A stretch of 64,000 nucleotides of DNA, from the NCBI GenBank assembly GCA_019420465.1, contig JAHZHB010000119.1:1002-65001 (forward strand). Reading direction: 5' to 3'. Made by a program: the position numbers and the translations under genes. A model generated the notes under the pieces. The model searched no databases. It was not told where the DNA came from and saw nothing but the letters and a program-made list of their open reading frames with translations. Below are positions 18,812-26,866 of this stretch, in pieces; within the stretch, counting starts at the first letter, position 1; every line of letters starts with the position of its first letter. The DNA is from Lachnospiraceae bacterium (lineage in GTDB: Bacteria; Bacillota; Clostridia; Lachnospirales; Lachnospiraceae).

Positions 18812-20052
18812 GGCAGATCCATCCTTTCCAGGTCGCTGTCGGGATGATTGCCACAGAGCTTATAGTTATCATCCACGGCCACAAGACCATAACTTTTTCT
18901 TATCTCATAAAATTCTTTTGTCAGACGCACATAGTAGGACAACGGTGGCATCGGCTGCATTCCAAGCTTTGCATGTTTATGTGGCCGCCAGATCGTACTC
19001 AGGCAGACCACTCCGTGTTTTGCAAAAAAGTCACATCCCTCCAGATTCGAGCGCAACGCATCGTCCACACTGGTAAATCCATACGGTCTCGCCAGCTCTG
19101 CACCGGCAACCACCTGTGTATACACATTCCCCGGTCCAAAGACATCCACGGCATCGAGAGTTCTCTTTATCCACGTATCGTACCCAATCCATCTTTCTTT
19201 GCCCGGACAAAGCTTTTTAAACAGCGTCTTGTCCATCACTTCGATATTCGGAGAATAGCTTGTCAGCCCCGTCTCCTGATACAGCCGCTGTACATCCTTT
19301 TTTTCGTAGGCCGGTGCCATCAGCTGACTGTGGAATCTGCCGTCAAACAGTGTACCGATGGAATGCAGAATACGGACATACCGCGCAATCTCTTCCTCAA
19401 ACGGATATCTGCCACGATAATCCGAGCCACCGGAAATATAGATCTGGGAATAACGGCCCGGCTCTTTTAAAGCCTCCCGCACCGTCTCAAAAATATCCTG
19501 CTCGTCCACCTCTGCCGTCTTTGTCTCCGAGAAAAAAGCACAGTATCTGCACTGCTCTCCGGCTTTCCAGAACAGACATTTCTGAAAAGCCGTAAGGATC
19601 AGCTTCTGCGCCCTCGCCAGTGCGACCGCCTCCATCGGCGTTTTCTTCGACGTCACCTGTCCGTAAAAGGACGGTCGGGGGACAAAATCGATCTCATCCA
19701 CCATCTGATCATCTTCCAGCAGCAGAAAGCACCCTGTTTCCGGATCATAATCGGCAATATAGGGATTCTCATACGGTTCCCCGTAATTGATATGGACAAA
19801 GGTTGCATCCCGCAGAAGGATGGCTCCCGGATATACTTTTTTTACTTCTTTTCCACCGGCCAGTCCAAAAGGCTCCAGCTTGCCAAAGCAGTAATCCGGT
19901 GCCTGCACCCGGTCCATTGCCCGTTCTGTCAGGGCAACTCCATGCCAGATCATGCTCAGTTTCAGCAAAACAAAGGGAGATATCGTGGGATATTCCCGCT
20001 GCAGCTGCTCCCATTCCCTGACTTTTTTGTATTTGTTATCCTGTATATTCAT
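18796..20052 (-). CDS. radical-SAM-like protein with atypical CX8CX2C motif (putative)
   Basis: Contains CLFWKAGEQCRYC followed by a glycine-rich YISGGSD segment, and has TIM-barrel-like length. AGGAGA RBS precedes ATG 20052; the track start is 20088. Confidence 0.5.
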   Translation of the reverse strand: MNIQDNKYKKVREWEQLQREYPTISPFVLLKLSMIWHGVALTERAMDRVQAPDYCFGKLEPFGLAGGKEVKKVYPGAILLRDATFVHINYGEPYENPYIADYDPETGCFLLLEDDQMVDEIDFVPRPSFYGQVTSKKTPMEAVALARAQKLILTAFQKCLFWKAGEQCRYCAFFSETKTAEVDEQDIFETVREALKEPGRYSQIYISGGSDYRGRYPFEEEIARYVRILHSIGTLFDGRFHSQLMAPAYEKKDVQRLYQETGLTSYSPNIEVMDKTLFKKLCPGKERWIGYDTWIKRTLDAVDVFGPGNVYTQVVAGAELARPYGFTSVDDALRSNLEGCDFFAKHGVVCLSTIWRPHKHAKLGMQPMPPLSYYVRLTKEFYEIRKSYGLVAVDDNYKLCGNHPDSDLERMDLPCRKN

Positions 20053-20140
20053 AAATGTATGTTCTCCTGTTGTATCTTCCAACGGCATTTTCCAAATACA
20101 AATCTAAATATTTCACTACGTTTTTTGTATGTGCCCCTGC

Positions 20141-20857
20141 TTACAGCCACACAAGACCGCAGATAATCCCTGTATTCAGTCCGATCAGGAACACAAAATC
20201 TCTGATGCGCACCTTTGTCTCAAAGGCCACCTTACGCGGGGCATCATTCTGAAACCCCCTCGACTCCATCGCCATGGCCAGACTCTGCGACCGCTCCATG
20301 GCCTGCACAAGCATCGGGATGATCCGTTTCGGCGAAGCAAATCCGGCTTTTACGCCGCGTACCTTCAGAGACGCGCCCACGATACCATACTCTTCTTTGA
20401 CCACCGGGAAAAAGTGGTACGCCGCCAGTATACCATAGGCAAATTTTGGTGGCAGCTTAAACTGCTGCATCAGACTCATGACCAGCTCAAAGGCATCCGT
20501 GGTAAACGCATACAGCATACCAAGTCCCCCGTAAGCCAGAATACGGCTTGCCAGCTGCATGGCCGTCTGCATATTGCTGGCATACAGTGTTCTCTGGCCC
20601 AATGCGCTGACCTCGACACCTGCCGTTGTTCCGTGATCACCAAAAAACAGACCCGTTGTAAACATGCCAAGGGCCGCAATACCAAAGGGCACCATTGCCA
20701 GAAGAAGTCCCTTACGATTGATGCCCGGTGTCAGAAATGTAACCAGAAGACAGGCCACTGCCACTACAAGGTTGACACGGATATGAAAAGTTGTGGATAA
20801 GATCAAAGAAGCCACGATAACGCTTAACATTTTATATGCCGGATTCAAACTCTTCAT
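20141..20857 (-). CDS. ykoC: ECF transporter T component (YkoC-like)
   Basis: Multi-pass membrane protein. AAAGGAG RBS precedes ATG 20857, a 26-nt overlap with the ATPase gene; the track start 20971 is not credible. Confidence 0.8.
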   Translation of the reverse strand: MKSLNPAYKMLSVIVASLILSTTFHIRVNLVVAVACLLVTFLTPGINRKGLLLAMVPFGIAALGMFTTGLFFGDHGTTAGVEVSALGQRTLYASNMQTAMQLASRILAYGGLGMLYAFTTDAFELVMSLMQQFKLPPKFAYGILAAYHFFPVVKEEYGIVGASLKVRGVKAGFASPKRIIPMLVQAMERSQSLAMAMESRGFQNDAPRKVAFETKVRIRDFVFLIGLNTGIICGLVWL

Positions 20858-22325
20858 TATTTTCCGCTCCTTTTCTGTATACACGCATTTCCTCGTCCGT
20901 AAGTGCCCGGATCTGCCGGTTTTCCACCAGAAAGATCTGGTTGCTGATCGCCTGGGCCAGCCCGAGGTCATGGGTTGCCAGGATCATCGTCAGACCCTCT
21001 TTGATCCTTTTAGCCAGCAGCGATAAAATAAACTTCGTCGACTTTTCATCCTGGGCATACGTCGGCTCATCCAGCAGCATGATATCCGCCTTGCTCAAAA
21101 GCATCGACAACAGCGCCAGTCTTCTCTGTTGCCCCTGGCTGATCGCATACGGCGAATAGGCTTTGTATTCCCACAGGCCGAAGTTTTTCAGGGCTTCTTC
21201 TGTTTCTTTCTTCATGCTTTCCGGATCTGCCTGTTTTCCCTCCCGCATGGCGAGGGTTTCCATGATTTCCTCCTCTATCGTCAGCTTTAAAAACTGAAAT
21301 CTGGGATTCTGAAAGACCAGACCGATCTTTCCACGGCTCTGCAGATCGCCTTTCGTTTTCAATATTCCTGCCATACCGTACAAAAGTGTTGTTTTGCCAC
21401 TGCCGCACCGGCCCACCAGAGCCGTCACGCTGCCCTTTTGGATGGCAAATGACAGATGCTCCATAAAGCAATGCTTCCGGTCATGGTAAAGGGCTACATC
21501 CTGCGCCTGCAAAATGACCTCTGCTGCCGGTAAGACCTCCGGCTTTTTTATATCATCCAGATAAGAGCCTTCTTTTGCATCAGCATAAAAAAGCCCCAGG
21601 TGCTCAAATTTTTCCCGGCTGTTGAAAAGCTCTGCGGGATATATGCTCGTTTCATCCAGATTACCCTCTGTCCGCATCAATACAACACGGCTTAAGAAAG
21701 GCTTCCACCAGTCCAACTTATGATCCACGATCAGTAAAGTCATACCCTCTGCATTCACTTCCCTCAGCATTTTGGCCAGACTTTTGCAAGACGCCGGGTC
21801 AAGATTGGCAAAGGGCTCATCTAAAATCAGCATTTCTGCACCCGTGGCCAGTGCCGTGCCCAGTGCCAGCTTCTGTTTCATACCACCAGAGAGCTTCTGG
21901 ATCTGCGTATGCATTTCCTGCTCCAGACTGATCTTTTGCAGGATTTCCTGCGTGCGTGCCACCAGATCTCCTTCATAATTGATATTTTCCAGTGCAAACA
22001 GGACTTCCTGATCGACCCGGCTCATACAGAACTGGTCATCCGGATTCTGGAACAGGATGGACAGTTTCTTGGAACGTGCCGCCGCCCCAAAAGAAGAGAG
22101 AGATTCTCCCTCTAAAAGAATCTCTCCCGACATTTCTCCTGAATATTGCGGATACAGTCCACTTAAACAATAAGCCAGTGTACTTTTTCCGCAGCCGGAT
22201 GGACCCATAAGCAGCACGACCTCTCCACGTTTTACAGAAAGCGACAGCTGTTGAAAGACCTTTTTTTCTTCCATGCCATAGGAAAAACTCAGGTCCTTAC
22301 AGGTTAATATCTCATCCATTTTCAT
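20832..22325 (-). CDS. ykoD: ECF transporter duplicated ATPase (YkoD-like)
   Basis: Two ABC cassettes: Walker A GPSGCGKST and GRCGSGKTT, signatures LSGGMKQ and ISQGQQ. Confidence 0.9.
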   Translation of the reverse strand: MKMDEILTCKDLSFSYGMEEKKVFQQLSLSVKRGEVVLLMGPSGCGKSTLAYCLSGLYPQYSGEMSGEILLEGESLSSFGAAARSKKLSILFQNPDDQFCMSRVDQEVLFALENINYEGDLVARTQEILQKISLEQEMHTQIQKLSGGMKQKLALGTALATGAEMLILDEPFANLDPASCKSLAKMLREVNAEGMTLLIVDHKLDWWKPFLSRVVLMRTEGNLDETSIYPAELFNSREKFEHLGLFYADAKEGSYLDDIKKPEVLPAAEVILQAQDVALYHDRKHCFMEHLSFAIQKGSVTALVGRCGSGKTTLLYGMAGILKTKGDLQSRGKIGLVFQNPRFQFLKLTIEEEIMETLAMREGKQADPESMKKETEEALKNFGLWEYKAYSPYAISQGQQRRLALLSMLLSKADIMLLDEPTYAQDEKSTKFILSLLAKRIKEGLTMILATHDLGLAQAISNQIFLVENRQIRALTDEEMRVYRKGAENNEEFESGI

Positions 22326-22909
22326 TATTTTCTACCTAATTCATATCCCTTTAACAGGCCGGTCTTAGCCAGTCCGTCACCGATCATCTTGCAGATGAAA
22401 CCGGAGAAGATTAAAGAACTTACCAGACGGATCACAAAGAACAGGATCAGCACCGGAACCGACAGCTTGCCGTATCCGGAACGGACAAAGCTCCAGGCAA
22501 AGCTGGTGATGCAGGCGCCGGCAGATGCGATATACATCACAGCGCCGTCAAACTTGCGGTATTTGTTGGCGGCAAAGACGATCTCCGCACCGGCACCCTG
22601 AATGATACCGGCCACGATCACCATCGGTCCGAACCAGTTGCCCAGCAGAACTTCGATCACAGCGGCGATAACTTCAGCTACAACAGCCACACCCGGCTTC
22701 TGCAGAATATAGCCGGCCAGTGTTGCCGCCATAAACCATACACCAAACAGGATCTCATTGCCCAGCTGGCTAAGGCCTGTGGCTGCCAGTGCTGCAGAGA
22801 TAAAGGATGCGCCGTAAACAGCACCCAGATATACCACACCAAATACGATACAGATCATTGCGATCAGGATAATTTCATTTAACTGCCATGTATTTTTCTT
22901 TTCTTTCAT
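22325..22909 (-). CDS. ykoE: ECF transporter S component (YkoE-like, HMP/thiamine precursor)
   Basis: 194-aa six-helix membrane protein positioned between the ykoF-like and ykoD-like genes. Confidence 0.75.
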   Translation of the reverse strand: MKEKKNTWQLNEIILIAMICIVFGVVYLGAVYGASFISAALAATGLSQLGNEILFGVWFMAATLAGYILQKPGVAVVAEVIAAVIEVLLGNWFGPMVIVAGIIQGAGAEIVFAANKYRKFDGAVMYIASAGACITSFAWSFVRSGYGKLSVPVLILFFVIRLVSSLIFSGFICKMIGDGLAKTGLLKGYELGRK

Positions 22910-22913
22910 CTTC

Positions 22914-23549
22914 TTACTCCTCCACTGTCGGACTGTTACAGTTCATTGTAAAATGTAAAATATAATGGGGCACGCTCTTTTCCATCAGTGTGCAGACATC
23001 CGTCAGATAATCCATCACCTCATGGACATCTCCCTCAATACGGGTCGCATAATGGATCGTTTTCGGCTGAAGGCCTCTGTCCTCGGCCATATACCATACC
23101 TTTGCGATATCGTCGATATAGTCACCTGTACCCATCGGATACAGAGCAAGCTTACAGTGTACCGGGAAATGGATATCCTGCACCTTCGCTTTGTTCGGTG
23201 CTTCTCCCTCTTTTCCCAGCACGCTGTCACCGTCGCTGTCGCCCGGGCAGCCCTTGGAGAACTGTCCTTCCAGAGCCATATGTACACCCTCGCGGTAAGC
23301 GTTGATAAACAGTGCTTTCACTGCATCTGCGACATACGCAAGCTTTCCACGGTATACCGTAGATAAAGCATCTGACTCGCTCCATACATAGGATGTATCG
23401 GTTTTCTCCAAAGATCCTACGATCAGATCGATAAACTGATCGCACATCGGATACAGGGAAAAACGGCATCCGGAGATTGGCAGAGATGTGCCTCTTCCGG
23501 CCCATGGCAGATCCGGTCTGTTGCAGCCGCTGCAGCAATTGTTTTCCAT
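22914..23549 (-). CDS. ykoF: HMP/thiamine-binding protein YkoF
   Basis: Colinear by eye with B. subtilis YkoF (RFSLYPM...CPGD...LALYPM tandem repeat). GGAGG RBS lies 8 nt before ATG 23549. Confidence 0.85.
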   Translation of the reverse strand: MENNCCSGCNRPDLPWAGRGTSLPISGCRFSLYPMCDQFIDLIVGSLEKTDTSYVWSESDALSTVYRGKLAYVADAVKALFINAYREGVHMALEGQFSKGCPGDSDGDSVLGKEGEAPNKAKVQDIHFPVHCKLALYPMGTGDYIDDIAKVWYMAEDRGLQPKTIHYATRIEGDVHEVMDYLTDVCTLMEKSVPHYILHFTMNCNSPTVEE

Positions 23550-23563
23550 AGTCATTTCCTCCT

Positions 23564-23720
23564 CTTTTACATGCTAAGGCAACCATGAGAAACACACTTC
23601 GCGAGTTTCTCATGGTTTTCGCGGCAGTCGCCAAGGCCTTGTGCAAGCACAGGCTTTGGCTCGTTGCTCGCGTAAGTAAAAGAAACCTCCACCGGAGCTT
23701 TCTTTTATCTGCTAAGGCAA
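23564..23720. repeat. 19-nt imperfect direct repeats bracketing a ~119-bp highly structured insert in the ykoF leader
   Basis: CTTTTACATGCTAAGGCAA (23564..23582) versus CTTTTATCTGCTAAGGCAA (23702..23720). The interior has a perfect 13-bp stem (23581..23617) and a second 9-bp stem (23630..23660). Confidence 0.6.
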
Positions 23721-23870
23721 AAAAAATACTTTCCTTGGTAAAAGAAAGTATCTCGGTCATATCCTCTGTATATTGATTTAATGGTTGAAATACTTCCCTA
23801 CGCCGGTATTACCCAGATCAGGTACAAAGGGTCGAATCTTTATTCTCTCAGCCTTGCGGCTCCCCCAGTA
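23719..23870 (-). promoter_or_regulatory. TPP (THI-box) riboswitch with terminator
   Basis: Minus strand reads CUGGGGGAGCC...GCUGAGAGA...ACCCUUUGUACCUGAUCUGGGUAAUACCGGCGUAGGGAAG. The terminator is an 8-bp stem ATACTTTC/GAAAGTAT plus T8 (23751..23719). Confidence 0.9.
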
Positions 23871-23978
23871 TTATAATATTTTTTTGCACGGGCTTAAGTA
23901 TATAACGATATGTCGGCTTTGTCAATGAAAGCATATTTTATGCTATAATACAGGAAATGATTCGAAGGGAGGACAGCT

Positions 23979-24587
23979 ATGACTGGACAACACTGTCTTT
24001 TTCTCGGCGACAGTATCACTGACGCCGGACATCTCTGGGAAGCGGATCCCCGCCTGTTGGGGAACGGTTTTGTACGAAAGATCAGCGAAGCGGAGGCTTT
24101 TTCTTCGGCCCATATTGTCAACCGGGGGCAGGACGGCTTTACCAGTGCCGCACTCTGGCGGCTGGTACAGCGGATGACGGATCTGTCTTCCTTTGACACG
24201 ATCACCATGCTGATCGGCGTCAATGATCTGCCTGTCGCTTACTATACCGATCCCGGCTGGATCACGACAGCCTTTGCTCCGTCTGTGTGGGCACTGCTTG
24301 ACCGTCTCACGGTCGCCGCACCCCAAAGGCTCTTTGTCATGGAGCCCTTTTTATTCACGCCGCCGGACAGCCACAGTCATCTGCTGCCACTGCTTTTACA
24401 GGAACAGCAGATCCTTCAGGCATACGCTGCGGCCTGCGACGCTGTCTATATCCCTCTGCAAGAGGCGTTACAGGCAGCCATCGACCGCCTGGGCACAGCC
24501 GCTGTCACAACCGACGGCATCCATCTGACGCCCGCCGGTAACCAGATCCTTGCCGACGCATGGATCCGCAGCTGTCTGCGGGAGTAA
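23979..24587 (+). CDS. SGNH/GDSL-family hydrolase
   Basis: N-terminal FLGDSITD block, a later GxND block (IGVNDL), and a C-terminal DGIH block. Confidence 0.8.
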   Translation: MTGQHCLFLGDSITDAGHLWEADPRLLGNGFVRKISEAEAFSSAHIVNRGQDGFTSAALWRLVQRMTDLSSFDTITMLIGVNDLPVAYYTDPGWITTAFAPSVWALLDRLTVAAPQRLFVMEPFLFTPPDSHSHLLPLLLQEQQILQAYAAACDAVYIPLQEALQAAIDRLGTAAVTTDGIHLTPAGNQILADAWIRSCLRE

Positions 24588-24597
24588 GTCTTTGGTC

Positions 24598-24834
24598 TTA
24601 CTGCATCCGGTCGGTCGTATCTTTCATGCTCTCGCTGTGGGCCTGTCTGCTCTTTTCCTCACGCTTTCTGCGGGTGACCAGACCGCCGATCCGGCCGGTT
24701 TCCTTGGCAGACAGCGTTTTCCAGCCGTCCTCCAGCACACGGTCCAGAAGGCCGAGCTCCCCGGCGATCTCATATTTCATCTTTTCTTCCCGGGACAGCG
24801 TATCCAGATCCGGGATTTCCTTTTGTCTGCTCAT
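24598..24834 (-). CDS. alpha/beta-type small acid-soluble spore protein
   Basis: MKYEIAGELGL and GRIGGLVTRR motifs. AAAGGAG RBS precedes ATG 24834; the track ORF extends to 24936. Confidence 0.8.
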   Translation of the reverse strand: MSRQKEIPDLDTLSREEKMKYEIAGELGLLDRVLEDGWKTLSAKETGRIGGLVTRRKREEKSRQAHSESMKDTTDRMQ

Positions 24835-24866
24835 GTGATTCACTCCTTTGTCCTGTGATCTGTAAG

Positions 24867-24895
24867 GAGTATGCCCGGAATCTGACGGGATATAC
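24867..24895 (-). promoter_or_regulatory. forespore-type (sigma-G/F-like) promoter for the SASP gene
   Basis: Minus strand reads GTATA-17 nt-CATACTC, about 30 nt upstream of the RBS. This fits the GnATA/CATnnTA pattern, as expected for SASP genes. Confidence 0.45.
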
Positions 24896-24932
24896 ACGTT
24901 TTTCCTACTGCTTTCCAGACAGCCTGTTTTTA

Positions 24933-25106
24933 TCACAACAAATGCAGAATATCTTCTACTGTCTCTTCCGTCTCCCCTGTCATCCTCGCAATCTTCTTTA
25001 CCATATATCCCTGACCATATAATAAAGTCACGATCTTTGACACAGCTTCTGCATGGCCTCGATTTTCTACAACATCTAATACATCACACATATTCTTATT
25101 TTCCAT
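24933..25106 (-). CDS. 57-aa ORF with HTH-like tail (possible remnant of an Rpn/transposase-like C-terminus)
   Basis: MENKNMCDVLDVVENRGHAEAVSKIVTLLYGQGYMVKKIARMTGETEETVEDILHLL. Below the track threshold and 15 nt downstream of the ATPase stop. No clear RBS. Confidence 0.3.
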   Translation of the reverse strand: MENKNMCDVLDVVENRGHAEAVSKIVTLLYGQGYMVKKIARMTGETEETVEDILHLL

Positions 25107-25121
25107 AATCTCTTAAAATTG

Positions 25122-26459
25122 TCATAAAAACATCGCCATATACAACGGAAGATGTATTACATTTTCTTTTATAAGAACATCTTTTGTATATAAAATATAT
25201 GCCTGTCCAATTTTCCCTTTAAATTTACTTCTGAATTTATCTAATGATGAGTGTTTTCTGTATGTTCCAGACTTCACTTCGATTGGACATATTTTTCTTT
25301 TTTCACGAATCAGAAAATCAATTTCCATATTATTTTTACGATTATTCGTATCTGATCTGGAGTAAAAGAAAAGTTTGTGACCACTTGATCTCAGCTCCTG
25401 TGCCACAATATTTTCCATCAGCATTCCTTCATTCACATGTAATCGGTCCAGTAAAATATCTCTGTACAATTCATTATCTGTAAATTTATCATCCATAAAG
25501 GAATGCGTCACTAAAAGCCCTGTATCTGCCATATAACACTTTCTGGTCGTATGTTCCTCACTCATTGCCAAACCAACGGTCGGTTCTGTAGCATTGTAAC
25601 AATTATTTACTACCATTGCCTCTGCAAGCCACATAAAAGCATTTTCATACTCTCGAAATCTGGCCCCTTTACTAATCCCGGAGAGTTTATATTTTTTTTC
25701 AGTTTTTGATAATTGCGATGGTAGCTCATCAAAGATTGATAATACCTTTGCTTCGTAACCTCTTGCAAATTTTGTGATATCCTGGCGATACAGTGTAAGA
25801 ATTCTTTTTTTAATCCGGTCTGCATCTTCAAAGTTTTTTGTCTTTCTGTAAGCATCTACTACCTGTGGCATGCCTCCTGTTAAAATATATTGTCTGAAAT
25901 CATTCATTACTCTTCTGTGAATTGCCTGACCTAATGGTTGCACCTTTTCAAAACATTCTCGTAAATAAGGGACTGTCGTTTCATCTCCCATTGCCCACAA
26001 AAATTCCTCAAAATCCAGTGGATACATTTCCACATGTTCTTCTTCAGACGGTATCACAATATTTTCAATATTTACCTTTAACGATATTAATGAACCAGTT
26101 TCCAGGTAATCATATCGTGCGTCTTTCACTAAGTATTTTATCAATTCTCTCGCCTGTGGATATCTTTGCACTTCATCAAAAATGATAAGTGATTCTCTGT
26201 TATAAAGAATTTTTCTATAATATGCCGATAATTTATGAAAAAACATATCAAAATCATCTATATCATTTTCAAATATATCACGTACCTCTTCTGGCAGGTG
26301 TGCAAAATCAATTAACAAATAACTTCTATATTCTGTTCTTCCAAATAATTCTGCAATATAGCTTTTTCCTACACGACGCGCTCCATCCAATAACAGCGCA
26401 CAACTCCCCTGATCTTTTTCTTTCCATTCTAATAATCGATCATAAATTTTTCGCTTCAT
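25122..26459 (-). CDS. COG1373-type AAA ATPase with DUF4143 / PD-(D/E)xK-like C-terminal domain
   Basis: Walker A GARRVGKS near the N-terminus. The C-terminal motif EIDFLIREKRKICPIEVK (25325..25272) fits D...ExK. The gene is very AT-rich compared with its neighbours. Confidence 0.8.
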   Translation of the reverse strand: MKRKIYDRLLEWKEKDQGSCALLLDGARRVGKSYIAELFGRTEYRSYLLIDFAHLPEEVRDIFENDIDDFDMFFHKLSAYYRKILYNRESLIIFDEVQRYPQARELIKYLVKDARYDYLETGSLISLKVNIENIVIPSEEEHVEMYPLDFEEFLWAMGDETTVPYLRECFEKVQPLGQAIHRRVMNDFRQYILTGGMPQVVDAYRKTKNFEDADRIKKRILTLYRQDITKFARGYEAKVLSIFDELPSQLSKTEKKYKLSGISKGARFREYENAFMWLAEAMVVNNCYNATEPTVGLAMSEEHTTRKCYMADTGLLVTHSFMDDKFTDNELYRDILLDRLHVNEGMLMENIVAQELRSSGHKLFFYSRSDTNNRKNNMEIDFLIREKRKICPIEVKSGTYRKHSSLDKFRSKFKGKIGQAYILYTKDVLIKENVIHLPLYMAMFL

Positions 26460-26500
26460 TTGTTGCCATCCTCTCGCACAACATTTCTCTTTACAATACT

Positions 26501-26530
26501 ATTATACTCACAAAAGGCAGTTTTATTCAA
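26501..26530 (-). promoter_or_regulatory. sigma-A-like promoter of the ATPase gene
   Basis: Minus strand reads TTGAAT-18 nt-TATAAT, about 40 nt upstream of ATG 26459. The proximal repeat copy fills the spacer. Confidence 0.5.
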
Positions 26531-26591
26531 TGTATTTTCTCACAAAAAGGCAGTTTTAATTTTATGTTTTTATCACAAAAAGGCAATTGCA
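26508..26591. repeat. three direct copies of TCACAAAA(A)GGCA(G/A)TT.. spaced 32-33 bp
   Basis: Copies lie at 26508..26525, 26540..26558 and 26573..26591, the third degenerate at its 3' end. Confidence 0.7.
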
Positions 26592-26838
26592 GTGATATGT
26601 TTCCTACAAAGCCTTTGTCCTTCTGTCCCACAGATCTCCCTGTTCTGTTTTGATTTTCGTTTTGAAATACATAACGACTGTTAAATTTGAAATGATAACA
26701 CCTGATGACGAACTCTGATCAGAAATGCATAATTTATAATGCTAAAGTTATTAACTATTTTATTCGTCTTATTTACTATATCCTTTTCCCCAAGTTTTGT
26801 CAATCCCTTTATGACAGCTTCTCCTGCGTAGTTATGTG

Positions 26839-26866
26839 AAAAAGCGTGCCTTATCCGTGGCACGCT
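26839..26866 (-). terminator. intrinsic terminator overlapping the DUF89 stop codon
   Basis: Minus strand reads AGCGTGCC-acggataa-GGCACGCT followed by TTTTT. Confidence 0.6.

Noticed and set aside
18625-19470. 281-aa plus-strand ORF
   Set aside because: It is antisense to the radical-SAM-like gene and has a junk-like composition.
23227-23760. 177-aa minus-strand ORF crossing the ykoF start and the riboswitch leader
   Set aside because: It is out of frame with the YkoF-homologous frame and runs through the terminator and the repeat-flanked insert.
26508-26591. Considered a mini CRISPR array
   Set aside because: There are only three copies of ~19 nt with ~13-14-nt spacers, overlapping a promoter, and no cas genes. 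An operator-like array is more plausible.
26681-26863. 60-aa minus-strand ORF in the AT-rich spacer
   Set aside because: Its start overlaps the DUF89 stop and terminator, and it runs across the predicted upstream promoter (26803..26775). AT-rich DNA readily yields such ORFs.
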